The notes under the pieces are model-generated. The model was not told where the DNA came from, did no database searches, and worked only from the letters and a program-made list of their open reading frames with translations. From positions 32,001-96,000 of the IMG/VR virus record IMGVR_UViG_3300044612_001255: 64,000 nucleotides of DNA; one strand, 5' to 3'. Origin of the DNA: a virus. Numbering within the stretch: position 1 is the stretch's first letter; every line of letters starts with the position of its first letter. Below, piece by piece: positions 9,991 through 18,858 of the stretch. The position numbers and the translations under genes were made by a program.

Positions 9991-11091
9991 TTATAAATTC
10001 CTACTGTCAACAAATTTAATTTTCTCCCTGTCAAAGAATTCTAAAGACTTCTGTAACCACTTCAACTCCACCTGTTCATTGCTTGATATAATGTATATCT
10101 GAGCTTTTTTGTCAGGATTATTGTATTCCATAGCTGTACATCTCTGTATTTTCTGAGCAAGGTTTTCACTATTGCTGTCGAAGTAATTAATTACAACACG
10201 ATTCAAGGGTTTGTATGTGACACCTGTGTTGCCAATCTTCACAACAGCCATGTGATTACCTTTGCCCTCAGCGAAATCATTAAATAATTGTTTTTCGCTG
10301 GATTTGCTGTGATAGGAAGGAATTCCTAAACCATCAGCCACCTTTGTTACACCACAGAATATGAGCATTCTCTCATCCTGGTGCTTACTAATCAACTTCT
10401 TGGTAAGATTCATCTTTGCTAAAGAAGATTGTATGAGCCTCATTCTTGCTAGTCTAAGAAACATGGTATCTCTGCGTTCTGACTGCATCTTGTTAATCAC
10501 CCATCCATAGCTATCATATTGTTGCTTCTCTGTCTTGGATTTAGTTCCAAACATTTGATTAGTAACATTATCTAAAGGTGTTGTGACAACAGTGATTTCA
10601 TAGTCTACAATGATGCATTCTTCTATAGCCTTCTCAAGAGGATATTCAGCAACGATATTTAATGCTAAATAGTCTGCTAATACATTCTTTGTGTCTTTAG
10701 AAAGAGTTCCTGTTAGTCCTAGCACTTTCTGGTTAATGTCAAAGAAGTCTTGACACACCTCAATCTGCGCTTCACTAAGAAGATGTATCTCATCTACAAT
10801 CACCAAGTCAAACTTTTTCCCTGCATATTTTTTCAATGAAAGATGTGTTGTGAACGTGATGTTGTCATTATCATATCCAAGTGCTTCAAAATCATCTAGC
10901 CAGGATTGCTTTATCTTATTGTCTGGATAGGCAATAAGCACCTCTGCATCTTTAGGAAACTCCTTCAGTACATTGATACTAGTTCTAATCTTCCCAAATC
11001 GTGGACACAAATAGAGAATACCATATTCTCCTTTGTCTTTCCAAGCTTTTGCAAACTCAGCCTGTCGTTGGTCCCTCAGTGTCATTATCAT
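9991..11091 (-). CDS. SF2 helicase-like protein
   Basis: LRDQRQ Q-motif, PRFGK, VIVDEIH, LGLTGT; start at 11091 or 11085. Confidence 0.75.
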   Translation of the reverse strand: MIMTLRDQRQAEFAKAWKDKGEYGILYLCPRFGKIRTSINVLKEFPKDAEVLIAYPDNKIKQSWLDDFEALGYDNDNITFTTHLSLKKYAGKKFDLVIVDEIHLLSEAQIEVCQDFFDINQKVLGLTGTLSKDTKNVLADYLALNIVAEYPLEKAIEECIIVDYEITVVTTPLDNVTNQMFGTKSKTEKQQYDSYGWVINKMQSERRDTMFLRLARMRLIQSSLAKMNLTKKLISKHQDERMLIFCGVTKVADGLGIPSYHSKSSEKQLFNDFAEGKGNHMAVVKIGNTGVTYKPLNRVVINYFDSNSENLAQKIQRCTAMEYNNPDKKAQIYIISSNEQVELKWLQKSLEFFDREKIKFVDSRNL

Positions 11092-11224
11092 AGTATTTGT
11101 AGAATAATGCACAATCAATAATAGCTTGTACTATCTGTGATTTATTCATACTTGCAACTTCTTCAGGATCATATTCATCACTCTGTAGTTCTTTCAGAAA
11201 TTTTACTAATTGTTCTCTTTTCAT
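11057..11224 (-). CDS. hypothetical protein (55 aa, not in ORF track)
   Basis: manual translation MKREQLVKFLKELQSDEYDPEEVASMNKSQIVQAIIDCALFYKYYDNDTEGPTTG; fills a gap in the operon. Confidence 0.6.
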   Translation of the reverse strand: MKREQLVKFLKELQSDEYDPEEVASMNKSQIVQAIIDCALFYKYYDNDTEGPTTG

Positions 11225-11336
11225 TGTTATTCAGTTTTGTTTGCTTTTTACACTTTAAACACAAAATCACACCATTATTCAGGGTGTGACTCGTGATGTT
11301 CTTACACTTATCGCAATGTTGAGCTATGCTGATCAT
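11178..11336 (-). CDS. small zinc-ribbon protein (52 aa, not in ORF track)
   Basis: MISIAQHCDKCKNITSHTLNNGVILCLKCKK...: two CxxC. Confidence 0.55.
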   Translation of the reverse strand: MISIAQHCDKCKNITSHTLNNGVILCLKCKKQTKLNNNEKRTISKISERTTE

Positions 11337-12390
11337 TTAAGAAGAAGCTTTTGTTTACAACATTTTCATAGTCTACATCTGTAATATCCTTCCTCTTGGG
11401 AAGTTCCTTGAACATACCTATCTGGCCAAGAAAGCCAAGACCAATTCTTACGTCATCCTCACCATAACTATTCTTGATGAGTCTTAGTGATCTGAAATAC
11501 TTACCACCATATTCATCAATCAACCTGTCAAGATTATAACCACTGGGATCAGACACTTTGTATCTCATAGGATCAAATAGTGCTAGAACAACGTCAGCAT
11601 CCTCTTGAGGAACTGATGACTCTTTGAAGTCTTCTAGCTGTGGTTCTACATCACCATTCTTGATTCTAATAGGATTTGAAATGTCACGATTGAACTGCTG
11701 TACAGCTACAATAGTATAGCCATAGAAGTCTCTTGCATATCTGAGTTCATCACTCATCTTGTCAATAGTTTGCTTTTTTGTAGTGAGCTCTTTGGTAGTC
11801 TTGAGCAATCCTAGGTGATCTACAACAACAATAGTTACTTCATTCTCATCATTAGGAATGTAAATCTTGTTGTATTCATCAAGCTGTTCAATCACACCAT
11901 TCTTCAATGCATGACTTCTCAAGTCTTTAGCAATACCAACAGGATTTTCTGGACCATCAATGATTGTAATGACATCATCCATTTGTTCCATGTAGTCTTT
12001 GTACAATAGAAATATGTCATGTTCATCCTTTGTCATCTTCTCAGTCCAGCCCAACAACTTACTTACAGGAACAATATATCCATGATCTAAGAAGATCTTT
12101 CTACAAACCCACTTAGCAAGTTTGTATGTTCTACTACGCTCCATTGACCGATATATAATACGAAGTTTGAATTTTGGTTCTTTTTGACTGATATACCAGT
12201 CATAAGGATTCAAAACAAACGCATCGTCAACAAAGCTAGTCTTACCTGAACCTGTCAAACCACCTGTTACAAAGTACATTCTCTTACGAATACCTATGTA
12301 TCTATTAAGACGATGAAATCCCATAGGAATACCATTATTCCTACCATTTAAACCATTGTCTACTTCTCTTTTAAGTGCTTCAAAACTCAT
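11308..12390 (-). CDS. dnaB: DnaB-like replicative helicase
   Basis: GIPMGF..LN, Walker A GLTGSGKT, SMER, VVVDHLGL, VQQFNR, DFKESS..QEDADVVL. Confidence 0.88.
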   Translation of the reverse strand: MSFEALKREVDNGLNGRNNGIPMGFHRLNRYIGIRKRMYFVTGGLTGSGKTSFVDDAFVLNPYDWYISQKEPKFKLRIIYRSMERSRTYKLAKWVCRKIFLDHGYIVPVSKLLGWTEKMTKDEHDIFLLYKDYMEQMDDVITIIDGPENPVGIAKDLRSHALKNGVIEQLDEYNKIYIPNDENEVTIVVVDHLGLLKTTKELTTKKQTIDKMSDELRYARDFYGYTIVAVQQFNRDISNPIRIKNGDVEPQLEDFKESSVPQEDADVVLALFDPMRYKVSDPSGYNLDRLIDEYGGKYFRSLRLIKNSYGEDDVRIGLGFLGQIGMFKELPKRKDITDVDYENVVNKSFFLNDQHSSTLR

Positions 12391-13010
12391 ATGTCCACTG
12401 ATCTTTTTGTTTGTGCGTTAGGTACTTCTACTCCTGTTTTAATCATTTCTATAAACGGCTCAAAACTTCTCTGTACAAGATAGGTGAAACTATTTTGCAA
12501 GAAACTGAGCTTATTATCACCACTTCGTATAGAAGCTTCCTTCTTTAGATATACATCTAGATTGGTAGCATCAACAATGTCCTGTGCAACATATTCCCCT
12601 TCAGCAAGAATCTTATTGAATTTGATTCTACAATCCTCTCTAGATCTCTTTAAAGCTCTTGACCCAGGAAACTTCTTTCCTTTATGCTCAAAGTTATCTG
12701 TAGATGGAAATGCATTCCACCAGCTTTCAAAGTCTGATGATTTTTGCTTTAGTTTCTTCATAGGTTCTTTCACCTCTGAATCAGCAAATGTTAACAACTC
12801 TCTTCCTATGTGTGTAATCTCTTGAGTTACATCAGAGACAAGACCTTTCCTGACTAAAGACTGGTAGAGGCCAGCTATCTTCATACTTCCATCTGTTAAT
12901 GGTTGTATGTCAATATTGGCCTCTACAAGCTTTAATAAGAAAATGTGATCTAGACTATAGGATTGTTTGAGAAGTTGTTCAAAATGGGAGGGTGTCACAT
13001 TGAACTTCAT
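12387..13010 (-). CDS. hypothetical protein, possible replication initiator/helicase loader
   Basis: FESWWNAFP motif, upstream of and overlapping the DnaB gene. Confidence 0.45.
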   Translation of the reverse strand: MKFNVTPSHFEQLLKQSYSLDHIFLLKLVEANIDIQPLTDGSMKIAGLYQSLVRKGLVSDVTQEITHIGRELLTFADSEVKEPMKKLKQKSSDFESWWNAFPSTDNFEHKGKKFPGSRALKRSREDCRIKFNKILAEGEYVAQDIVDATNLDVYLKKEASIRSGDNKLSFLQNSFTYLVQRSFEPFIEMIKTGVEVPNAQTKRSVDI

Positions 13011-13158
13011 TGTTCTTCTTCTCTGTAGTTAGGATGATTTTTGCAGGTTTTCTTTTCTCATACTCGTGGTTTGCTTGTTCCACTTCTTCTATCTTCTGCA
13101 ATCGTATAATAGCAGCTTCTCTAACATGTTCGTGTTCGTAATCTTCGTTTGTGTTCAT
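12979..13158 (-). CDS. hypothetical protein (59 aa) ending in DTLPF
   Basis: manual translation MNTNEDYEHEHVREAAIIRLQKIEE...CDTLPF. Confidence 0.55.
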   Translation of the reverse strand: MNTNEDYEHEHVREAAIIRLQKIEEVEQANHEYEKRKPAKIILTTEKKNNEVQCDTLPF

Positions 13159-13247
13159 CGTTTTCTATCATGTTTAATTATAAATTCTACTAATGCAATT
13201 AATAATGCAGTACTAAACAAAAAATAGATTAGAAGAAAACCAGCCAT
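13155..13247 (-). CDS. small membrane protein (30 aa)
   Basis: MAGFLLIYFLFSTALLIALVEFIIKHDRKR; ATGA overlap with the next ORF. Confidence 0.5.
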   Translation of the reverse strand: MAGFLLIYFLFSTALLIALVEFIIKHDRKR

Positions 13248-13250
13248 TAC

Positions 13251-13757
13251 TCAAAGTGTTAGAAGTCCAAAGTTTTTATCAAAGAACTCGTATGTTTCAC
13301 GAGCTTTTGCACCGTTGAATCTAAAAACTTTTTTCAATATTCCAAGGGCATAGCTCTTGAATATTTCTTTTTGCTTCTTAGTTAGTTTCCATTCTTTCTT
13401 CCATGATTGTTCTGTAACAGTGTTTGCCATTGTTTTACCAATAATATTGAACTGGTATTCCAGAAGATGTTCTGAAACATTTGTTCTATTTATTGGAGGA
13501 TGTGGAACATGTGTGAATTTTAAAAGCCTCACTTGGTTTTTAAACTCATCCACTTCCCAAACATCAATCATAGCATTTTCCTTAATAGGCATTAACTTAA
13601 TTGTGTCTGGCTTAGAATATATCACTACATGCACTACACCATACAGATCAAAGTATCTACTACCTCTTGCTATTGGAATCTTCATTGATCTTAAATGTAC
13701 AGGAATAAAGTTAACAGGAGGTAGTGTTTCTATTTGTGTGTAAGATTTTTCTTCCAT
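13251..13757 (-). CDS. hypothetical protein
   Basis: 168-aa ORF directly downstream of PolB. Confidence 0.7.
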   Translation of the reverse strand: MEEKSYTQIETLPPVNFIPVHLRSMKIPIARGSRYFDLYGVVHVVIYSKPDTIKLMPIKENAMIDVWEVDEFKNQVRLLKFTHVPHPPINRTNVSEHLLEYQFNIIGKTMANTVTEQSWKKEWKLTKKQKEIFKSYALGILKKVFRFNGAKARETYEFFDKNFGLLTL

Positions 13758-13759
13758 AA

Positions 13760-15727
13760 TTAAAATAAAGAAATTTGGTTAGGTATTCTTTCTACTTTCC
13801 GTTTCTTACCTTTTGTAACAATCTTCAGCACAAGACTTTCAGCCTTATCAATGTAATACTGATAATTGATATTCATTGATTTGACATCTGTATTTGCAGG
13901 AAGATAGTTTACCACCTTGCACAACCAATCACCAGCCTCCACTTGAGAGCTGCTTGGTGCAGTTGAATCTGATTCTTGGTTCTTGATTTTCAATAGCTTC
14001 TCACCATCACCACCACTTGTTATGTAGTAGCGAATAAGCTTATTGTATACAGATGGTTCCATGCCTTTTCTATAACCTTCATAGTGAAAATCACTTGTTG
14101 ATTTCTGTCTTATGCAAAAATCATAAGGACTTCTATGAAGAAGAATAGTTTCAGCAATATCAATACCGTCAACAAAGTAACGCTCAAGAGCAAGAGGCAC
14201 AATTCTGGCGGACTTGTTTTTATGAAGTTCGAAATCCGTGAGAAAATCCCCTTTCTTTTTAATTTCTCCATCTGTTTTGATTGCTAAATAGTCATTAACT
14301 GTTGAGAATATAATCTTCTTGTAATCAGCTCTTTCAAGCTCATATCCTGTAATCTTACACCACCAAGCATTAATCTTATCCATCTCAGCTAGTTTGCTTT
14401 TGTGGATTTGGATTGTAACACCATCAGTGTTTGCTGATATGACACGTATTTCTTTAGCTTCATACGCTTCAATGAGCATCATCAAGGACAATTCTCCCGT
14501 AATAGTTGTAAACATAGTTAGTTGTCTATCATATATCCAACTATTCATGTCACTAGATTTACCATACACAGAGTTTACAGCAAGCTTCAACGCACCAACA
14601 ATACCTCTAATCTTCTTATCCTTCTTTGCAAAAGGCTTTAGTTCAAGACGCTTCTCATACATCTTTTTATAGCCTGTAAGAAACTCTTTACCTAAATGAT
14701 ATGGATACTGTTTGTTGTTGATGATAATGGCAGGATAGTAGCTAGAAACGTCCCAGTCAATGATGAGATGATCTTCATCCTCCTCAAACACTTCTGGTTT
14801 GTTTTCTGTGTGCAATCCACCCTTCATAAACGAATACACATTGTCATAAAAGTGTATGTGTTCTTTGAAATCATCTGTAAGCTCTAGACGCATCTTCTTA
14901 ATTTTCTTAAGAAACTCTGTGAGCTGAACAGTCTTGAACTGTACGTAAGTAGCTACACATTGGCTGATGAAGATGTATTTTCTAAAGTGACCTTTTCTAG
15001 GAAGTGTTTTGATATCTATCTTCTTCTCTTCACAATAGTATTTCTTGATGATCTCATCACCAATCTTACTATCTGAATAGTTTATACATGGAATGTCAAA
15101 CTCTTTCTCTATGTCAAGTCTCAATTGAACTTGATCATTACCCTTGTACAATGGATGTTCCGTTTCACCTATGGTTACTTTGTAGAATTCATAAGTGGCC
15201 ATAACATCATTCTTACAATACTGACGTGTGAGCTTTCTATCATCTAGAGTCATTCCCACCTTTGTGTGATGAATTGGCATCTCTTCAATGTTCTCAAGAT
15301 CCATTTCAAACTCTAGTCTCTTTAGACTAACACGTCTATTCTTATTGTCAAAGTGATGTATCTTAAACAAATCAATCTGCTTTAGAGATAGTTCTTCTTC
15401 TCTGTATTCAGCAAACACATCATAATTAGCATCATGAATAACATCCTGTGCTTTCTGAGCAATCATACCTGCTACATCTAGATTAGATTTCTCTCCCCAG
15501 TCATGGCACTTTCTCAAGATCCATTCAACAACTTGGCAGTCAAATCTTAGATTGTTGTAGCCCACCCAATAGAAGTCTTTATACTTCTCTGAGAACTCTA
15601 CAAACTTATCTAGATCGTATTTGCTTTTGCTCACTTCAAACTCATGATATGTGTCCTCGTGAGGAATATAAATCCCCACGAGAAACATTTCTTTCAGAGT
15701 TTCAATGTCGTAAATTAGAACATTCAT
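13760..15727 (-). CDS. polB: family B DNA polymerase with 3'-5' exonuclease
   Basis: ExoI YDIET, ExoII GYNNLRFD, ExoIII YCKND; DWDVSSYYP, KLAVNSVYGK, ANTDG. Confidence 0.93.
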   Translation of the reverse strand: MNVLIYDIETLKEMFLVGIYIPHEDTYHEFEVSKSKYDLDKFVEFSEKYKDFYWVGYNNLRFDCQVVEWILRKCHDWGEKSNLDVAGMIAQKAQDVIHDANYDVFAEYREEELSLKQIDLFKIHHFDNKNRRVSLKRLEFEMDLENIEEMPIHHTKVGMTLDDRKLTRQYCKNDVMATYEFYKVTIGETEHPLYKGNDQVQLRLDIEKEFDIPCINYSDSKIGDEIIKKYYCEEKKIDIKTLPRKGHFRKYIFISQCVATYVQFKTVQLTEFLKKIKKMRLELTDDFKEHIHFYDNVYSFMKGGLHTENKPEVFEEDEDHLIIDWDVSSYYPAIIINNKQYPYHLGKEFLTGYKKMYEKRLELKPFAKKDKKIRGIVGALKLAVNSVYGKSSDMNSWIYDRQLTMFTTITGELSLMMLIEAYEAKEIRVISANTDGVTIQIHKSKLAEMDKINAWWCKITGYELERADYKKIIFSTVNDYLAIKTDGEIKKKGDFLTDFELHKNKSARIVPLALERYFVDGIDIAETILLHRSPYDFCIRQKSTSDFHYEGYRKGMEPSVYNKLIRYYITSGGDGEKLLKIKNQESDSTAPSSSQVEAGDWLCKVVNYLPANTDVKSMNINYQYYIDKAESLVLKIVTKGKKRKVERIPNQISLF

Positions 15728-15792
15728 ATGTTTGATTATACACCATTACTATTGGTTTTAAGTTTTTTCGTTAGTAAAATACACAATTTCAG

Positions 15793-16311
15793 TTAGTCTT
15801 GCAAGTATTCATCCCAATCTTGATCATCATCATATAGATCATCTATGAATTGATATTTCATTATCACTTCTTGGTCTTCTGTAATGGTGTAGATTGTACC
15901 ATCTTGATCATAGGCTTGCTCATCAATGAGTATAGATATTTTACCACCATTGTTCTGAATGATCCAGTTCGCATCATCAATATCAAACTCTCTGATTGAA
16001 TCGTCATCTTGATGAACCCATCCTATTTCTGGCGAATATGCCACAATTAAATCAGGCTCGTCAGGATTACCCATTTCTAGTGTAACCATTGGTTCAACAG
16101 GAAATCCATTCTTTGCTATAAAATTGTCATATTCTTCTTCAATGATGTCTTCTTCAAGAAGCCACAGTTCGACAAACTCTCTATCAGTTCCTGGATATAG
16201 GCTATTCATAAACCACATACCAGCCAATAAATCCTCAGGTTGGTAGAAGCTAACTTTGAAGTTAGCCTCTAACCACATGAGATGTCTCATATCAAATAAT
16301 GACCCAGCCAT
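15793..16311 (-). CDS. acidic hypothetical protein
   Basis: 172-aa ORF, D/E-rich. Confidence 0.7.
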   Translation of the reverse strand: MAGSLFDMRHLMWLEANFKVSFYQPEDLLAGMWFMNSLYPGTDREFVELWLLEEDIIEEEYDNFIAKNGFPVEPMVTLEMGNPDEPDLIVAYSPEIGWVHQDDDSIREFDIDDANWIIQNNGGKISILIDEQAYDQDGTIYTITEDQEVIMKYQFIDDLYDDDQDWDEYLQD

Positions 16312-16534
16312 TGTCTTTGTCTAGTTTATCTTGAATATCCATCCAATAATTATGACCTTCGTTTGATTTCTCCCAAACAAATGCAGAATAAAGAAATTCA
16401 TTCTCGAATACATTCACAGTTGAAGGATCTATTAATACTTCTTGGCTTGCCATATTAGCAAAGAATTTGTCTGCATTGTCCTTGTCTAGATATACATCTG
16501 CCCAATGCTTGTAAGTGCTTAGTTGTTTTTCCAT
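16292..16534 (-). CDS. hypothetical protein
   Basis: 80 aa; AFVWEKSNEGHNYW motif seen in small phage ORFs. Confidence 0.65.
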   Translation of the reverse strand: MEKQLSTYKHWADVYLDKDNADKFFANMASQEVLIDPSTVNVFENEFLYSAFVWEKSNEGHNYWMDIQDKLDKDNGWVII

Positions 16535-16677
16535 GATGGGTCTGGTTTTCTTGCTTCGTTAAATATGTGATCAAATACTTCATTGAACCCATAGGTTCCT
16601 TTAATTGTGCTTTTTACACCTGTTGGTGCTAAATCTCCTGGTCTTTCGATTTCTCGTGCTTTAAATAGTTTCATCAT
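16519..16677 (-). CDS. hypothetical protein (52 aa, not in ORF track)
   Basis: manual translation MMKLFKAREIERPGDLAPTGVKSTIKGTYGFNEVFDHIFNEARKPDPSWKNN; fills a gap. Confidence 0.55.
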   Translation of the reverse strand: MMKLFKAREIERPGDLAPTGVKSTIKGTYGFNEVFDHIFNEARKPDPSWKNN

Positions 16678-16885
16678 CGTTTAACTTTTTACGTGCTTTA
16701 AAATTTCTCTTTGCTGTTTCCATTGCCTCCACTTCTGTGTCAGCAAACCCTGTATCATACGTCCAATCATCATTGAACCAATACAACCATTCTCCTACAT
16801 GTGACTGAAACACTCCTATTGAATCAATTGGAATATCTCTGCCATAAAATAGGCTCTTCGCTTGTTTTCCTAAATAGACTTCCAT
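16661..16885 (-). CDS. hypothetical protein
   Basis: 74-aa ORF on the operon strand. Confidence 0.65.
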   Translation of the reverse strand: MEVYLGKQAKSLFYGRDIPIDSIGVFQSHVGEWLYWFNDDWTYDTGFADTEVEAMETAKRNFKARKKLNDDETI

Positions 16886-16895
16886 AATGCTAAAA

Positions 16896-16924
16896 TAAAA
16901 ATGTCCAGTGATTAAAACTGGACA
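16896..16924 (-). terminator. intrinsic terminator
   Basis: TGTCCAGT-gattaaa-ACTGGACA stem plus T-run on the minus strand. Confidence 0.6.
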
Positions 16925-16925
16925 A

Positions 16926-17123
16926 TTATTCTTTTCCTTTTACAATATCCTTGAGTTGATTCCAGATATTCTCTGCATTCTCTCCCCAATAGTAATCACA
17001 CTTACCATCCTCAATAGGCGGTTTCATAAACCAAGATTGATAATCACTTGGTTTAGCTGTAAATCTATAACATTTTTCTCTCTGGGGACAATTTGTCCCC
17101 TTGCACATGGTTATGTCAGGCAT
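16926..17123 (-). CDS. small Cys-rich hypothetical protein
   Basis: MPDITMCKGTNCPQREKCYRFTA...CDYYW, a common phage small-protein pattern. Confidence 0.7.
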   Translation of the reverse strand: MPDITMCKGTNCPQREKCYRFTAKPSDYQSWFMKPPIEDGKCDYYWGENAENIWNQLKDIVKGKE

Positions 17124-17346
17124 CTTTTTCTTGTTTTAAATATTCTTCAAACATATCTTCATCTGTATAATGAAAATATTCTTCTGCTTTTTCATTCATC
17201 CTCATCCACATATAGAAATTAAGCATCTGCTCCTTCTCCATCTCTTTGGCTTCTTCATACCAGTCTAGGAAATCATGCATCTCCTTTGGACTTATGTTTA
17301 GGTACATCACCTTTGATGCAAATAATTTAACTGCTGTCTGTTTCAT
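17116..17346 (-). CDS. hypothetical protein (MKQTAV...AKEMEKEQ type)
   Basis: motif I associate with Bacteroidota phage small ORFs. Confidence 0.65.
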   Translation of the reverse strand: MKQTAVKLFASKVMYLNISPKEMHDFLDWYEEAKEMEKEQMLNFYMWMRMNEKAEEYFHYTDEDMFEEYLKQEKDA

Positions 17347-17495
17347 AACTTATCAATTAGATTTTTTAAGTTCTCATCTGATGGGAAGTTCTCCTTGTCA
17401 GCATTCCAATACTCTAGATACTTGTCTCTGTGTATAGCGTACCATTTTTGTGTGTGTTCATTCCAATGAAACACATAATTCCAAATCTTTTCCAT
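17343..17495 (-). CDS. hypothetical protein (50 aa, not in ORF track)
   Basis: MEKIWNYVFHWNEHTQKWYAIHRDKYLEYWN...; ATGA overlap with the next gene. Confidence 0.6.
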   Translation of the reverse strand: MEKIWNYVFHWNEHTQKWYAIHRDKYLEYWNADKENFPSDENLKNLIDKL

Positions 17496-17576
17496 ATTGT
17501 TTTTATTTATAATAAGAAAGGCTACCTGCTAACAACTCACACCCTAATTGCAGGCAGGTAGGGTCCCTTAGCCTTG

Positions 17577-17711
17577 TAGTCAGGACAGGATTCGAACCTG
17601 CACACACATCTAAGGTTATCTCAATGTGCCATTACTTTTAACAAGTAGTTCCAATGTGCGTCTTCCTATGTACTTCCCGTAATAACAGGGCACACTTTCC
17701 GCCACCTGACC
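17577..17711 (-). ncRNA. expanded tRNA-like RNA (135 nt)
   Basis: acceptor GGTCAGG/CCTGACT, TGGCGGAA...GGAAGACGC D-arm, T-arm GCAGG-TTCGAAT-CCTGT; extra hairpin in D-loop, irregular anticodon arm, long variable arm. Confidence 0.75.
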
Positions 17712-17721
17712 AAATTTACCA

Positions 17722-17925
17722 TTACTCTTCTAAGAATTCAATTTTTGTAGGACTTCCTGTAAGCTTCTTGTATTGTATCTGCGTCACCGCAGTTTTTGTA
17801 GCTTCACCATACGCTTTAACAGCAATCATTGCTGCCTTCAAGTCTTTCGACTGATCATACTTTGCTTTTGCATCGTCACCAATTTGTACAAGTTTTTCCC
17901 TGATTGATAGAATTTTCTGTGCCAT
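17722..17925 (-). CDS. hypothetical helical protein
   Basis: 67-aa ORF ending 10 bp before the tRNA-like element. Confidence 0.65.
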   Translation of the reverse strand: MAQKILSIREKLVQIGDDAKAKYDQSKDLKAAMIAVKAYGEATKTAVTQIQYKKLTGSPTKIEFLEE

Positions 17926-17942
17926 AGTTGTTTTTGATTATA

Positions 17943-18488
17943 TTATTTCAAAGCGTTGATATTGATATTATTTTCTTCACAAATTTTTCTTTTGAATTGA
18001 ATAAGATTTTTTTGATGCTCGTAAAGTTCATCTGATAATTCAGAAATTGAAATATTTAAAGTGTTAGAAATGTACAATTTTGATAAAGATTCAACGTGAA
18101 GCTTCATTGTTCTCTTTTTATACAAATTGTATTTCTCACGATATTTTAATAAGCATTTGTTTTCTGAAATTTTACGATTCATTATTTTACAACAATCACA
18201 ATAATGATCATTCAATAACTTAACATGATTTTTACAATCATCAGTATTGCAGGATTTATATCCATAATGATTAATCATTAATTGTCCTTTACTGTAAACT
18301 TTTTCTTTTATTCTAAATACTCTACTATTTGGCCCATAATTTTTTGAACCTTTTTTGAAATGACCTTTGATTAATGATTCTACATAGACTTTTTTTCCAT
18401 TTCGAAGAATGTTGTAATTTTTAATAACTACACCATCTTCTCTGATTGAATACTGTTCATTTGTTCCTTCAATGAATTTTGTTTCCAT
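17943..18488 (-). CDS. NUMOD4-like N-terminus, Cys-containing protein
   Basis: K.IEGTNEQYSIREDGVV resembles the NUMOD4 start; C..C/CDCC cluster; AT-rich. Confidence 0.45.
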   Translation of the reverse strand: METKFIEGTNEQYSIREDGVVIKNYNILRNGKKVYVESLIKGHFKKGSKNYGPNSRVFRIKEKVYSKGQLMINHYGYKSCNTDDCKNHVKLLNDHYCDCCKIMNRKISENKCLLKYREKYNLYKKRTMKLHVESLSKLYISNTLNISISELSDELYEHQKNLIQFKRKICEENNININALK

Positions 18489-18523
18489 GATCTTTTGATT
18501 TTATGATTGTAAACATGAAAATG

Positions 18524-18554
18524 AAAAGAGTCTAATCAATGACTAGACTCTTTT
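18524..18554. terminator. bidirectional-type terminator hairpin
   Basis: AAAAGAGTCTA...TAGACTCTTTT inverted repeat. Confidence 0.6.
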
Positions 18555-18858
18555 ACCACTGGAAAGCACTGGCGACTTAGTTTAACATCAAACCCTATTT
18601 ACTATCCTACTAATAAACGCTTCTTAAGCTGATAATACACTTGTGTAGGCTTTTTATTCATGTGCCAAGCCATCTCTTTAATTGTTAGCTTATCTCGCCA
18701 CAATTCTATGAGAGTGTCTACTTCTTCTTCTGTGAATACGCTCATAATTCTATTCATAATAGCCCCATTGGATTAGTTTATCCTCTGGGGCTGTAACATG
18801 ATATAAATCTTTAACTGGTTTTACATTAAATTTGACATTGAACTTGTCAGCAATAGCT

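Noticed and set aside
17634-17648. Ochre suppressor tRNA (TTA could be read in the loop of the tRNA-like RNA)
   Set aside because: The anticodon arm is irregular (no U33, bulged stem) and TAA is the dominant stop codon, so decoding is implausible.
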